Assembly (NCBI GenBank): GCA_964291395.2
Contig: OZ219856.1
Coordinates: 1,824,001-1,888,000 of the forward strand
DNA length: 64,000 bases
Direction: 5' to 3'
Origin: Alphaproteobacteria bacterium
Lineage (GTDB): Bacteria > Pseudomonadota > Alphaproteobacteria > UBA2966
Below, one piece after another: positions 19,856-30,258 of the stretch (positions within the stretch are counted from its first letter, which is position 1; each line of letters opens with the position of its first letter). The notes under the pieces are model-generated. The model worked only from the letters and a program-made list of their open reading frames with translations, was not told the origin of the DNA and did not search any database. The position numbers and the translations under genes were made by a program.

Positions 19856-20956
19856 ATGAAACTCGAGAAACTCACCGTTGAGAGCATTCGCGCGCGGCCC
19901 GTCGTGGTGACGCTGAGGCGGCCGATCGTGAACCGCCTGACGACCGTCGAGGACTGGCCGCTGATCCTGATCGACCTCATCACGGCGGAAGGCGTCACCG
20001 GTCGCAGCTACCTCGAACCCTACGTCGTCAAGGCCATGCGCTATCTCATTCCTGCGTTGGAGGACCTTGCAGACCTTCTCAAGGGACGCGCGGTCGCGCC
20101 GTTCGATCTGTTCGACTCGGCCCGCGAGTCGCTTCGGTACGTGGGATACGGAGGGCAATCCCTGATCGCGGTCTCGGGCCTGGACATGGCCGCCTGGGAC
20201 GCCCTCGCCAAAGCGGCAGATGTGCCGCTTTGCGTGCTGCTCGGCGGTTCGGTCGGCTCCGTACCGGCGTACAACAGCAACGGACTGTGGCTGAAGGAGC
20301 CCGAAGCACTCGCTCAGGAGGCAGCCGAGCTGGTGACCGAAGGCGGCTTCAGCGCAGTGAAGCTTCGCCTGGGGCGCGCCCGTTCCGATGCCGATGTCGC
20401 CGCCATCGAAGCGGTGAGAACATCCGTCGGCGAGGACGTGCGGCTGATGATCGATTATTCCCAAGCCCTCGACCTGGCGGAGGCCCTGTCCCGTTGTCAC
20501 ACGATCGACGAACTCGGCCTGGCCTGGATCGAAGATCCCCTGGTCTACGACAACCTCGACGGCTACGCGCGGTTGACGGCGGAACTGAAAACACCCGTTC
20601 AGACCGCAGAGCACTTCTACGGCCCCAGGGACCTCCACAGAGCGATCCAGATGAAAGCCAGCGATCTCGTCATGCCGGATTTCATGCGGATCGGCGGCGT
20701 GACGGGCTGGTTGCGGGCGGCGGCGATCGCAGGGGCCTCGGGAATCCCGGTTTCGACCCATCTCTATCCAGAGGTCGGCGCCCACGTGCTGCGCGTCACG
20801 GAGACGGCCCACTGGCTCGAGTGGCAGGATTGGGCCGAACCCGTCCTCCAAAACCCCTTCACCGTCAGCAATGGACGCCTGGAGATCCCTGACAGGCCCG
20901 GCATCGGGCTGGAGTGGGACGAGGAGTTCATCGCCGCGCACTTGGTCGAGGACTAG
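19856..20956 (+). CDS. mandelate racemase/muconate lactonizing enzyme (enolase superfamily)
   Basis: 'SGLDMAAWDALAK', 'VKLRLG', metal ligands D/E/E ('MIDYSQ','WIEDP','TAEH'), 'PDRPGIGL'. Confidence 0.9.
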   Translation: MKLEKLTVESIRARPVVVTLRRPIVNRLTTVEDWPLILIDLITAEGVTGRSYLEPYVVKAMRYLIPALEDLADLLKGRAVAPFDLFDSARESLRYVGYGGQSLIAVSGLDMAAWDALAKAADVPLCVLLGGSVGSVPAYNSNGLWLKEPEALAQEAAELVTEGGFSAVKLRLGRARSDADVAAIEAVRTSVGEDVRLMIDYSQALDLAEALSRCHTIDELGLAWIEDPLVYDNLDGYARLTAELKTPVQTAEHFYGPRDLHRAIQMKASDLVMPDFMRIGGVTGWLRAAAIAGASGIPVSTHLYPEVGAHVLRVTETAHWLEWQDWAEPVLQNPFTVSNGRLEIPDRPGIGLEWDEEFIAAHLVED

Positions 20957-20959
20957 CTT

Positions 20960-20989
20960 GAGCGGTTCCGGTTCGACCGGCACCGCTCC
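20960..20989. repeat. REP-like palindromic element, copy 1
   Basis: GAGCGGTTCCGGTTCGACCGGCACCGCTCC just after a stop codon; related copy at 36181-36210. Confidence 0.6.
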
Positions 20990-21150
20990 GGTGGGCCGCG
21001 TCGCGGCCTCCATGGCGTTCAAGCCCGACCGACCCGCCATAGCCGATCATTCTTTGGCTCTATCCACCCGGCTATAATGCGGGCCGGGAGCCTTCGGGAT
21101 CATCGGCGTCGACCGGTAGCCGGACAGGGAACCAGAAAGGGACCGGAAAC

Positions 21151-22173
21151 ATGGCTTTCGTGAGAAACGCCTGGTATGTGGCCGGATGGAGCGGCGAATT
21201 CGAACACCGGCTGCACCGGGTAAAGATCCTCGATGAAGACCTGGTCATGTACCGTACCTCGACAGGTGAGGTCGCGGCGCTGAAGGACCGCTGCCCCCAC
21301 AAGCTATTGCCGCTCTCCAGGGGTCGGCTGATCGACGACCAGATCGAATGCGGCTATCACGGAACGACTTTCGGTGCCGACGGCAGATGCACGAGAATCC
21401 CCGGTCAGCCGCGGATTCCGCCCACGGCTTGCGTCCGCGCCTTTCCGATCCACGAACGTCACGGCATCGTCTGGGTATGGATGGGTGACGCGGACAAAGC
21501 GGACACGAGCACTGTATTCGATCTTCCCCAGATATCAGACCCGGCCTGGGACAGTCATCAAGGGGACGCGTTGCACATCAAGTCCAGCTACATAAACGTG
21601 GCGGAGAACCTGGTCGATCCGGCGCACGTGACCTACGTCCACCCGACCACGCTCGGCAGCGCGTCACATGCCAACGTGCCCGTGGAGTACAAGACCAAGG
21701 GCGATCCGATCCTGGCCTACCGTTGGATCCGCAATGCCCCGCCGATCCCGTTTTTCGCACAGTTCGATATGTTCGAGGGGAACGTCGACCGCTGGCAGTA
21801 CTTCTACCTTCACCTGCCGAGCACCGCGGTCGTCGATTTCGGCAGCGCCGACGCCGATCCGGACTCGACAGAAGATCGCAGACACGAGGGCGTCCGGATG
21901 TTCTCCCTGCACTTCCTGACGCCCGTCTCCGCGAACTATACGATCGACCGCTGGATGCACATCCGGAACACGAGGGTTGGAGACGAGGAATTCGCCCGCG
22001 CGCTGGACGAGTCCTTCCGCGTCGCCTTCGCAGAAGACAAGGACATCCTCGAGGCGGTGCAGGTCGAAGAGGAAAAGCCTCCGACCGGGTCCCGGATTCA
22101 GCTGTCCATCGACCAAGCCTGCATCGCCTACCGGGCGCGCATCGCCAAACTCGCCGAGGCCGAACAGCTCTGA
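21151..22173 (+). CDS. Rieske oxygenase, vanillate O-demethylase (VanA)-like oxygenase subunit
   Basis: 'RNAWYVA', Rieske CPH...CGYHG, mononuclear Fe site 'ENLVDPAHVTYVH', 'FAEDKDILE'. Confidence 0.9.
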   Translation: MAFVRNAWYVAGWSGEFEHRLHRVKILDEDLVMYRTSTGEVAALKDRCPHKLLPLSRGRLIDDQIECGYHGTTFGADGRCTRIPGQPRIPPTACVRAFPIHERHGIVWVWMGDADKADTSTVFDLPQISDPAWDSHQGDALHIKSSYINVAENLVDPAHVTYVHPTTLGSASHANVPVEYKTKGDPILAYRWIRNAPPIPFFAQFDMFEGNVDRWQYFYLHLPSTAVVDFGSADADPDSTEDRRHEGVRMFSLHFLTPVSANYTIDRWMHIRNTRVGDEEFARALDESFRVAFAEDKDILEAVQVEEEKPPTGSRIQLSIDQACIAYRARIAKLAEAEQL

Positions 22174-22209
22174 CGTGACTGGATCGCAGCTTTCAGCAAG
22201 CGGCAGCGG

Positions 22210-23199
22210 TCACCGGTTGCGGGGCAGGATGCGGCGGATGGCGTTCCGCCGACCTTGCATGGTCTCACGATAGAACACGTAGAGGCCGCTGCCGACGATC
22301 AGCAACATGCCCGACATGGCGGCGAGATCGGGCCAGTCTCCCCACAGCACGGCACCCCAGAACAGCGCCAGGGGAAGCGCCGTGTACTCGAACGGCGCGA
22401 CGACGGCGGGCTGCGCCACCCGATAGGCCTGGGACAGCAGGTAAGCTCCGATGGAGATGAGGACTCCACATCCGAGAAGGAGCGCGATCTCCCAGCCGAC
22501 CGGCCAGAACCAGGCCCGCAGCAGGAAGTCGAGGCTCGGGTGATCCGATCCGGCAAAGCGGCCGTCACCGATCGCCAGTCCCACGGCGGCACTGACGATT
22601 ACGAACGCGAGGTGCACGTACAACGCCATCGACGACGCCCGATCGGTGGCTCCGAGCCTCCGGGTCACGATCTGAAGCAATGCGTAGGCGAGGGCCGCAG
22701 CTGCGGGAAACAGCGCCACGAGATCGACGGTCCCCTGACCCGGGCGAAGCATGACGATCATTCCCGCCATGCCCGTGAGGACGGCGGCCCATCGCCGCAA
22801 CCCGACCCGTTCCCCGAGGAGGGGTACGGACAGCGCCGTGATGAACAGCGGAGCCAGGAAAAAAATGGCGGTCGCCTCCGCCAGCGGCATGCTCGCCACC
22901 CCCATGAAGAAGCATATGTTCGCCGTGATGAGGAGAACGGACCGGGCCAGATGCAGCGCCGGCCGCCGTGTCTTCAGCAGGACGAAGCCGCCTTCGGCGT
23001 GCACGATCACCAGCGTGATCCCGACGGCCACGACCGACCGGACGAGCGTGATCTCGTGAAGCGGGAACGTGACGCTGAGCCACTTGATCAGGGCATCCTG
23101 AAGGGTCAGCGCAAGGATGCCGCCAAATATGCAGACGATTCCGAGCCGCACCCGATGTACGCCGGGCAGCGGCGCGGAGCGTGGAGCGTCATGGGACAT
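22210..23199 (-). CDS. DMT/EamA family transporter
   Basis: Multiple hydrophobic TM segments; 'LLGERVGLRRW', 'VVAPFEYTAL', 'WGDWPD'. Confidence 0.9.
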   Translation of the reverse strand: MSHDAPRSAPLPGVHRVRLGIVCIFGGILALTLQDALIKWLSVTFPLHEITLVRSVVAVGITLVIVHAEGGFVLLKTRRPALHLARSVLLITANICFFMGVASMPLAEATAIFFLAPLFITALSVPLLGERVGLRRWAAVLTGMAGMIVMLRPGQGTVDLVALFPAAAALAYALLQIVTRRLGATDRASSMALYVHLAFVIVSAAVGLAIGDGRFAGSDHPSLDFLLRAWFWPVGWEIALLLGCGVLISIGAYLLSQAYRVAQPAVVAPFEYTALPLALFWGAVLWGDWPDLAAMSGMLLIVGSGLYVFYRETMQGRRNAIRRILPRNR

Positions 23200-23437
23200 G
23201 TGACTTCGACGGCCTGCCTGAAATTCGGCGGGGACTCGGTTCAGCGACGCCCGCTTCGAACCCAAACGTGCGCGGCGGTGGTGCGTCGTCTACACGATCC
23301 GGCGGACCATGGCTACGACGCGCTTGACAGGTCGCCGCGCTCGCGGGGGAAACGAGCAGACCAAAAGTCTGACGAAGACCCTATGCGTGGAGGCAATCGA
23401 CGACCTTCATTCGATGGAGACCGTTCCGGTCGCACGA

Positions 23438-24709
23438 TCAAGACAGCCGATTCACGGCGACCTCGCCCTCCTTGACCACCAGCTTGACGCGCTCCTTCTC
23501 CTGAAGACGCGAGATGTCTTCGAGCGGGTTGCCGTCGACGGCGATGACGTCGGCGATCTTACCGGTTTCGATGGTCCCCAGCCCGTCGAGCATGCCGAGC
23601 GCGTCCGCCGCATTCCGTGTCGTCGTCTGGATCGCCTCCATCTCCGTGAGACCCAGCGAAACGTAAATCGCCAGCTCCCTCGCATTGGAGCCGAACGTCG
23701 GATGCCAGCAGGTATCGGTGCCCATGGCGAACTTGACGCCGGCTTCGCGGTAGCGCTCGAAAGAGGAAAAGCAGTTGTCGGCGATCTCCTGGGCCTGAAC
23801 GAGGACGAACTCCTCGACTCCGCGGCGGCGGCGTTCCTCGATGACCGATTCCTCTCTGAGCGCGAGGGTCGGAACGTTGTAGAGCCCCGAGTCGGCCAGA
23901 CGTGAAACGGCTTCGTCGTCCACGTAGGTGCAGTGCTCGACCGTGTCCACGCCCGCGTCGAGGGCCATCTTGACCGACAGCGGCGTGTGACAGTGAGCGG
24001 CCACGGGCTTCTGGAAAGCGTGGGCTTCGTCGACGACGGCCTCGAGTTCCTCCTGGGTCAGATTGCGGTCCCACAAATCGTCGTGGCGATCGAAGGAGCA
24101 TTGTCCGCCGGACACGCACGTCTTGAGGAAATCGGCACCGTCGCGAAGGTTGCGGCGGGACGCACGGCGGATGTCCCAGGGCCCGTCGCCGTACCGCTCC
24201 GGATCTCGGGGGATGACCCGCGGCTGCATCCGGTCATGGTGGCTTCCGGTCGTCAGCACGAAACCACCGGCAATAAGCCGGGGACCGGGAAGCTTTCCCA
24301 CCGCGATGAAATCGCGCAACGCGCCCATTTCCTGCACGAAGTTCCGGCCGTGCGGTGTCACCCAATCCATATCGCGCAGCGTCGTAAAACCCGATTCGAG
24401 CAGGACCCGGGCGTTCTTGGCAGCATCGAGCAGCATCTCGGCCGGCGTGCGGATGACGTTGGCGAGTTCGATCTGGGCGTAATCGCCGTCGTTCGCCGAC
24501 GAGAGGTGGACGTGCAGGTCCATCATGCCCGGCATCAGGATGCAATCGCCGCAATCGATCACGCGGGCCCCGCCGGCGCGGCCATTGCCGCCCTTGCGGT
24601 CGACCCCGGTTATGCGTCCCTCCTCGATCAGGATCTCGGGATCGGAGACCGGTTCGCCGCCATTCCCGTCGATCAGCAAGCCGCCCCTCAAAATCAGCAT
24701 CTCCGGCAT
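23438..24709 (-). CDS. metal-dependent amidohydrolase (Xaa-Pro dipeptidase-like)
   Basis: 'PGMMDLHVH', 'GFTTLRD', 'VAAHCH', 'TVEHC', 'MGTD', 'GKIADVIAVDGNPL'. Confidence 0.92.
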   Translation of the reverse strand: MPEMLILRGGLLIDGNGGEPVSDPEILIEEGRITGVDRKGGNGRAGGARVIDCGDCILMPGMMDLHVHLSSANDGDYAQIELANVIRTPAEMLLDAAKNARVLLESGFTTLRDMDWVTPHGRNFVQEMGALRDFIAVGKLPGPRLIAGGFVLTTGSHHDRMQPRVIPRDPERYGDGPWDIRRASRRNLRDGADFLKTCVSGGQCSFDRHDDLWDRNLTQEELEAVVDEAHAFQKPVAAHCHTPLSVKMALDAGVDTVEHCTYVDDEAVSRLADSGLYNVPTLALREESVIEERRRRGVEEFVLVQAQEIADNCFSSFERYREAGVKFAMGTDTCWHPTFGSNARELAIYVSLGLTEMEAIQTTTRNAADALGMLDGLGTIETGKIADVIAVDGNPLEDISRLQEKERVKLVVKEGEVAVNRLS

Positions 24710-24764
24710 CGTCCTCCCCTCCACCTCGTAGCCGTCACGGAGCTCATGATAGGCGGACCGGTAC

Positions 24765-24813
24765 GCGGGACAAAGCGTGACAAGGCGTGATGAGGCGTGA
24801 CAAGGCGGGCAAG
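24765..24813. repeat. 10-bp tandem repeat (consensus GCGTGACAAG, 4-5 copies)
   Basis: gcgggacaaa/gcgtgacaag/gcgtgatgag/gcgtgacaag/gcgggcaag in the divergent intergenic region. Confidence 0.75.
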
Positions 24814-24889
24814 ATCGCCCACCGAGGCGCGGCCGTGTATAGTGTCCGCCGCGGGCACCGGCCCGGCGCCCAGAGCAGGAGGCGACCCG

Positions 24890-25672
24890 ATGAGCGACGC
24901 GGCGGTTTCACGGAAACGGGACGTCATGGATCGGACGGCGGAGCAGTACGCCGCGCAAAGCCGGGATCCGGGATGGACGCCGACCCAGAAGCTCGCGCTC
25001 GCGTGCCGCATACTGGCGCGCGAAGGGCATGGCGCGGGTCTGGCGGGACAGATGACCGCGCGGGGCGGCCCGCCCGGCACGATGTGGACGCATCCCTACG
25101 GGCTCGGGTTCGATGAGCTCAAGGCCAGCGACTACATGCTTGTCGACGACGACCTGAACGTCCTCGAAGGCGACGGCACACCCAATCCGGCGAACCGTTT
25201 CCACCTCCACGTTTACAAGGTGCGACCCGACGTCCAGGCCATCGTTCACACGCATCCTCCCCATATCTCGGCCCTTTCGATGATCGGCGAGGAACTGGCC
25301 GTGTCGCACATGGACACCTCGATCTTCTACGAGGATTGCGCGTTCCTGCCCGATTGGCCCGGCGTGCCTTTCGGAGACGACGAGGGGGAATTGATCGCCG
25401 GCGCCCTCGGGGACAAGCGGGCGGTGCTGCTCGCCCACCACGGGCAGCTGTGCGCCGGGCGTTCCATCGAGGAAGCCACGGTGCTGGGCGTCACGATCGA
25501 GCACGCGGCCAAACTCCAGTTGCTGGCACGCGGCGCGGGCGGGATCAGGCCGATCGTTCCCGAGTTGGGACGCGAAGCCCATGACTGGAGATTGCGGCCG
25601 GAACAGATCGCTCTCAACTTCCAGTACCATGCGCGACGGGCGCTGAGGGACGGCGACGACTGCTTGAACTAA
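24890..25672 (+). CDS. class II aldolase/adducin family protein
   Basis: 'PNPANRFHLHVY', 'IVHTHPPH', 'LLAHHG' (Zn ligands). Confidence 0.9.
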   Translation: MSDAAVSRKRDVMDRTAEQYAAQSRDPGWTPTQKLALACRILAREGHGAGLAGQMTARGGPPGTMWTHPYGLGFDELKASDYMLVDDDLNVLEGDGTPNPANRFHLHVYKVRPDVQAIVHTHPPHISALSMIGEELAVSHMDTSIFYEDCAFLPDWPGVPFGDDEGELIAGALGDKRAVLLAHHGQLCAGRSIEEATVLGVTIEHAAKLQLLARGAGGIRPIVPELGREAHDWRLRPEQIALNFQYHARRALRDGDDCLN

Positions 25673-25684
25673 ATCATCAACGGT

Positions 25685-26608
25685 TCAGCCGTCCGACGCC
25701 GATCCCTCCTTGTGGCGGTCCTTCTCCGCGATTGCGGCGGCACGCGCCAGCAGGCGCCGGGCTCGCTCGACGACCGGCACATCGACCATCTTGCCGTCGA
25801 CGGTGACGGCGCCGAGGCCTCGCCGCTCGGCCTCTTCGTACGCCGCCATGATCTTCCCGGCGTCGGCGACCTCGTCGACCGTCGGTGTCAATTCCGCGTT
25901 GAGAACGGGAACGCCGGACGGATGCACGCAGGCCGCGCCTTCGAAACCGAATCGCTTGGCGCGGCGCACCGTTTCCGCGAAGGCATCCGTGTCGGCGTAG
26001 TCCGCCACCGTACCGATGAATCCGAGCGGCACGATACCGGCGGCGCGGGCCGCGAACTGAATGGTCTGCTTGGGGACGTACAGGGTGTCGGCATCGGGTG
26101 CCATACCAGCTTCCAACGCGAAGTCCTCCGAGCCCAATCCCATGGCGACGACGCGGGGGTCCGCCCGGGCGATCTCCTCGGCACGGAAATAGGCGGCGGG
26201 ACTTTCCACGACGGCGACGAGTTTCGTCGATCCGGCGTCGCGTTGCTGCTCGTGCTCTACTTCGGAGACCACCTCGGCCAGCATCCGGACGTGCTCCGGC
26301 GACTCGACTTTCGAAAGCCACAACGCGTCGGCCCCCGCGCGAACGGCCCCTTCGATATCAGCCAGCGCCATGCGCAGCGGCCGATTGATGCGTACGAGGA
26401 CGTCAGCCCCTCCCCGGCCCGACGTTGCCACGGACCGCCGAAGCGCCCCCCGTGCGGCCGCCTTCTCCGCCAACGGCACGCTGTCCTCCAGATCGAGGAT
26501 GATCGCGTCGGCGCCGCGCGTATGCGCCCCGTCGACGAAACGCCGATTGTTGGCCGGCACGTACAGCAGGGACCGCCAGACGGGTGCCTCGTCGACCATC
26601 ACAGACAT
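25685..26608 (-). CDS. CitE/HpcH family CoA-ester lyase (citrate lyase beta-like)
   Basis: 'RSLLYVPA', 'ILDLEDSV', 'VRIN', 'GSEDF', 'CVHPS', 'DGKMVDVPV'. Confidence 0.92.
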   Translation of the reverse strand: MSVMVDEAPVWRSLLYVPANNRRFVDGAHTRGADAIILDLEDSVPLAEKAAARGALRRSVATSGRGGADVLVRINRPLRMALADIEGAVRAGADALWLSKVESPEHVRMLAEVVSEVEHEQQRDAGSTKLVAVVESPAAYFRAEEIARADPRVVAMGLGSEDFALEAGMAPDADTLYVPKQTIQFAARAAGIVPLGFIGTVADYADTDAFAETVRRAKRFGFEGAACVHPSGVPVLNAELTPTVDEVADAGKIMAAYEEAERRGLGAVTVDGKMVDVPVVERARRLLARAAAIAEKDRHKEGSASDG

Positions 26609-27861
26609 CCGTCTTCCGCCAGCGCTTCAATGTCTTCGGACGTGTAGCCAAGGGATTCCAGGATTTCGACGTTGTGTTCGCCGAGATCGGGCGCCGGTCG
26701 GGTGAATCCTCCCGGAGTCTCCGAAAGCCGGGCGACGATGTTGTGCACGGGCAGCGACCCCAGATCGTCGTCCGGCGTCTCGACCAGGATCTCCCGCTCG
26801 ATGAAGTGTGCGTCCCGCATGATGTCACCGATGTCGTTGACCGGTGCAACGGTTGCGCCGGCCTCGCGAAAGACGGCCAGACATTCGTTCCGGTCCCGCG
26901 CAGCGATCCATCCGCCAATCACCTCGTCGATCTCGTCCCGGTGATTGAGACGCGCCTCGTTTGTGGCGAAGCGCGGATCGTCGATCATGTCGGCCCTGCC
27001 GATCGCGGCGAATATGCGGGCGGCCAGCGGTTGCGTGGAGCCCGACATCGCAAGCCATTTACCATCCCTGGTCCGATAGACGTTTCTTGGCGCCGCCGTG
27101 TTCGACCGGCTGCCAACCCGTTCACGTACCTTGCCGGTGACCCGGTGCCACGCCGCTTCAGGCCCCAAGATCGAGAAGATGGGCTCCAGCAACGAAAGGT
27201 CGATAATCTGACCCCGGCAGACGCCATGCTCACGGGATCGAACGGCGATCAGTGTCGCCATCGCGCCATACAACCCCGTCACCATGTCCGCCATGTGGAT
27301 GGGGGGCAACACCGGTTCGCGATCGGCAAACCCGTTCCGGTAGGCGAATCCCGACATCGCTTCCACAAGCGTGCCGAAACCGGGTCGCTCACGATAAGGG
27401 CCGGTCTGACCGAAGCCGGACACCCGCACCACGATAAGGTCGGGATTCCTCTCCATCAGGACGTCCGGACCCAAGCCCATCTTTTCGAGAGTGCCGGGAC
27501 GGTAGTTCTCGAGAAAGACATCCGCGGTCGCCAACAGCTCGAGCAAAACCTCCCTGGCTGCATCGGTTCGGAGATCGAGCGTCAGGCTCTTCTTGTTGCG
27601 GCCGTATACCTTCCACGACAACGAATGTCCTTCGACTAGCCAGGCCCTGAGGGGATCTCCGGTCCCGGGTGATTCGACCTTGATCACGTCCGCCCCATAG
27701 TCCGCGAGTTGGAGGCTGATCATGTTGCCGGCGAGCACGCGCGAGAGATCGATCACCCGCAGTCCTTTCAACGGGCCACTGAATTCCGAGTCGAACGCGA
27801 CATGCCGGATCGCCTGCGGCGGTGCCTGGTCCGCTTCCGGACGCTTCTCAACGGCGGTCAT
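26599..27861 (-). CDS. CoA-transferase family III (CaiB/BaiF)
   Basis: 'GPLKGLRVIDLS', 'ADYGADVIKVE', 'RNKKSLTLDL', 'ENYRPG', 'GFGQTGPY', 'APDLGEH'. Confidence 0.93.
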   Translation of the reverse strand: MTAVEKRPEADQAPPQAIRHVAFDSEFSGPLKGLRVIDLSRVLAGNMISLQLADYGADVIKVESPGTGDPLRAWLVEGHSLSWKVYGRNKKSLTLDLRTDAAREVLLELLATADVFLENYRPGTLEKMGLGPDVLMERNPDLIVVRVSGFGQTGPYRERPGFGTLVEAMSGFAYRNGFADREPVLPPIHMADMVTGLYGAMATLIAVRSREHGVCRGQIIDLSLLEPIFSILGPEAAWHRVTGKVRERVGSRSNTAAPRNVYRTRDGKWLAMSGSTQPLAARIFAAIGRADMIDDPRFATNEARLNHRDEIDEVIGGWIAARDRNECLAVFREAGATVAPVNDIGDIMRDAHFIEREILVETPDDDLGSLPVHNIVARLSETPGGFTRPAPDLGEHNVEILESLGYTSEDIEALAEDGCL

Positions 27862-27962
27862 CACGGTGCCCCCAAATCCCAAACTGCATTGGGACAGCGT
27901 AGATGGGGCGCTTTGCATGCAGCAAGTGAACTCGAATCGGTCGGAGGCCCGTTCTGCGACCC

Positions 27963-29372
27963 TCAAGCGCCGTCGACCTCGGGTAGCGTGACCGTCGCCC
28001 TCAATCCGCCCTCCTCGCGGTTCTCCAGTCGAATGTCGCCGCCGTGACCACGGACGATGGTCCGTGCGATGGCAAGGCCCAACCCCGTACCTCCCGTGTC
28101 GCGGCCCCGCGACTCGTCAAGCCGAACGAAAGGCTCGAACACCCGCTCCAGATCGGCTTCCGGGACACCGGGCCCTTCGTCCTCGATGACGATGCGTAGC
28201 TGCGCATCATCTCGGGTGATCCGCACTTTCGCGCGGACTCCATAGGTACCCGCGTTCTCCAGCAGGTTGCGAAAGGCGCGGCGCAAGGCCACGGGCCGGC
28301 AGGCAATCAAGACCTGGTCGGATTCCAGCACCGAAATTTCATGCCCGAGGTCCGCAAGGTCGGCGGCCACGCTGTCGATCAACGCATAAAGGTCAACCGT
28401 CCGCGTCCCTTCCTGCCGCATGTCCTCTCGGATGAATGCGAGGGTGTCCTCCGTCATCCGTTGCATCTCGTCCAATGCGGCGATGATCTTCGTCCGCGTT
28501 TCCTCGTCCTCGACGAATTCGGCGTGAAGCCGGAGGCTCGTGATCGGAGTCCGAAGGTCGTGCGATATCGCCGCAAGCATGGCCGTACGATCGCGCACGA
28601 AGCGATCGAGCCGTGCACGCATGAGGTTGAAGGCGCGGACGGTACTTCGGGTTTCCAGGGGGCCGGCTTCGGGCAGATCGTCCACCTCTTCACCCCGGCC
28701 AAGCCGATCGGCAGCCGTCGCGAGGCTTCGCATGGGCTTCGAGATACGCCGCCCCATCAGAACGGCCACGATGGCGACGCCGAGAGCCGAAAGCAGAAAC
28801 GAAAGCACGAACGTCCGGCCCCACGGCGGTGCACCCGGCGGCGGTCCAACGGCGACGTTCAGCCAGCGCCCATCCGGCATGGCCACAGACGCCACGAACC
28901 AGTGGTGCCGCCAGCGCCTTGGACCGTGATAATGATCGCGGGTCTCATCGCGGTCGTGGTCGGCGGACCGCCAACGCCCCTCCGAGCCGTCGTCTCGCCG
29001 GTATCGCTTCCACAGCGGCGCCACCCTGACCCGCTCCCGCCCGACACCGAGCGCGATGGAGAGATCGTACGCGATGGCCGTTACCCGTTTGCCGGCTCCG
29101 ATTTCGCCGACCAAGGGCTCCCGGGTCAACGAGAACTGCACGAAATCGGTGCTTGCCGCAGCGACGACGGCTCCATGAAGCGCGCGCGGCGTGTCCTGAA
29201 GCAGTTGCGCCACGGTCCCCACGCGCAATATCACGTTGTCCCGGTGCGCATGGCGTACCGCCGCGATGCGCTCGCCGGCGAAGAGAAATACGGCAACGCC
29301 TTGCGCGATGACGAGGGCAAACAGCAACAGCAGCGTGAGCCGGCCCGCGAGGCTTTTGGGCACCAGCTTCAT
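27963..29372 (-). CDS. sensor histidine kinase (HAMP-HisKA-HATPase)
   Basis: Two TM segments; H-box 'ISHDLRTP', N-box 'NLLENA', G boxes 'DEGPG','GGTGLGL'. Confidence 0.95.
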   Translation of the reverse strand: MKLVPKSLAGRLTLLLLFALVIAQGVAVFLFAGERIAAVRHAHRDNVILRVGTVAQLLQDTPRALHGAVVAAASTDFVQFSLTREPLVGEIGAGKRVTAIAYDLSIALGVGRERVRVAPLWKRYRRDDGSEGRWRSADHDRDETRDHYHGPRRWRHHWFVASVAMPDGRWLNVAVGPPPGAPPWGRTFVLSFLLSALGVAIVAVLMGRRISKPMRSLATAADRLGRGEEVDDLPEAGPLETRSTVRAFNLMRARLDRFVRDRTAMLAAISHDLRTPITSLRLHAEFVEDEETRTKIIAALDEMQRMTEDTLAFIREDMRQEGTRTVDLYALIDSVAADLADLGHEISVLESDQVLIACRPVALRRAFRNLLENAGTYGVRAKVRITRDDAQLRIVIEDEGPGVPEADLERVFEPFVRLDESRGRDTGGTGLGLAIARTIVRGHGGDIRLENREEGGLRATVTLPEVDGA

Positions 29373-30094
29373 TCACGCTCCACTTTGCCCGTGAACCGAT
29401 AGCCGCCACCCCAGACGGTGGTGATGAGCTTCGGACTCCTCGGGTCTCGCTCGATTTTTCGGCGCAACCGGCTTACCTGGTTATCGACGGCACGGTCGAA
29501 CGGAGCGGCGCGCCGGCCTCGTGTCAGATCGAGAAGCTGATCCCGGGAGAGCACCATCCCGGGACGCTCCAGCAACACCACGAGCAGCCGGAATTCCCCC
29601 GTCGAGAGGGGCGTGACGACACCGGCCTCGTCCACCAGTTCGCGCCTGCTCGTGTCCAGCGACCAGCGATCGAAGCGGTACGCACCCGCCGAACGGGGTT
29701 CGCGGTCGGGTGGCAGGCTTTGCGTGCGCCGTATCACCGCTTTGATGCGGGCCAGCAGTTCCCGGGGATTGAACGGCTTGGTGACATAGTCGTCAGCCCC
29801 TACCTCCAGACCCACGATCCTGTCCGTGTCCTCCGCCATGGCGGTCAACAGGATGACCGGAATCCGCGTCGTTTCCCGCAAATGCCGGCAGAGCTGAAGA
29901 CCGTCCTCACCCGGCATCATGATGTCGAGGACGACGAGGTCGACGGCCGCTTTCCGCAGCGCCCGTCGTGCGGCGGCGCTGCTGTCGACAGCGGTAACGC
30001 GCACATCGTGCTTTTCCAGATACCGCGCCAACGGCTCGCGAATATCCCGGTGGTCATCGACCACGAGAACGTGCGGAGATGTTTCCATACGCAA
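29369..30094 (-). CDS. OmpR-family response regulator
   Basis: 'VVDD', 'LDIMMPGEDG', 'KPFNPRELLAR', winged helix 'VSRLRRK..TVWGGGY'. Confidence 0.95.
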   Translation of the reverse strand: MRMETSPHVLVVDDHRDIREPLARYLEKHDVRVTAVDSSAAARRALRKAAVDLVVLDIMMPGEDGLQLCRHLRETTRIPVILLTAMAEDTDRIVGLEVGADDYVTKPFNPRELLARIKAVIRRTQSLPPDREPRSAGAYRFDRWSLDTSRRELVDEAGVVTPLSTGEFRLLVVLLERPGMVLSRDQLLDLTRGRRAAPFDRAVDNQVSRLRRKIERDPRSPKLITTVWGGGYRFTGKVERE

Positions 30095-30258
30095 CAGCTA
30101 ATGCGGCATTTCGCGGGACGCAGGGAAAAAAGTGTAACAAAGTTTGTCATGTCGTCCCTCGGCCAACGCTCGCGACGCACCGGCCGCGCCGGCGTCAAGG
30201 TTTTGCGACATCCGTCTCCTATATGCCGTTCATCAACATCCGATGCAGGAGTGGACCG

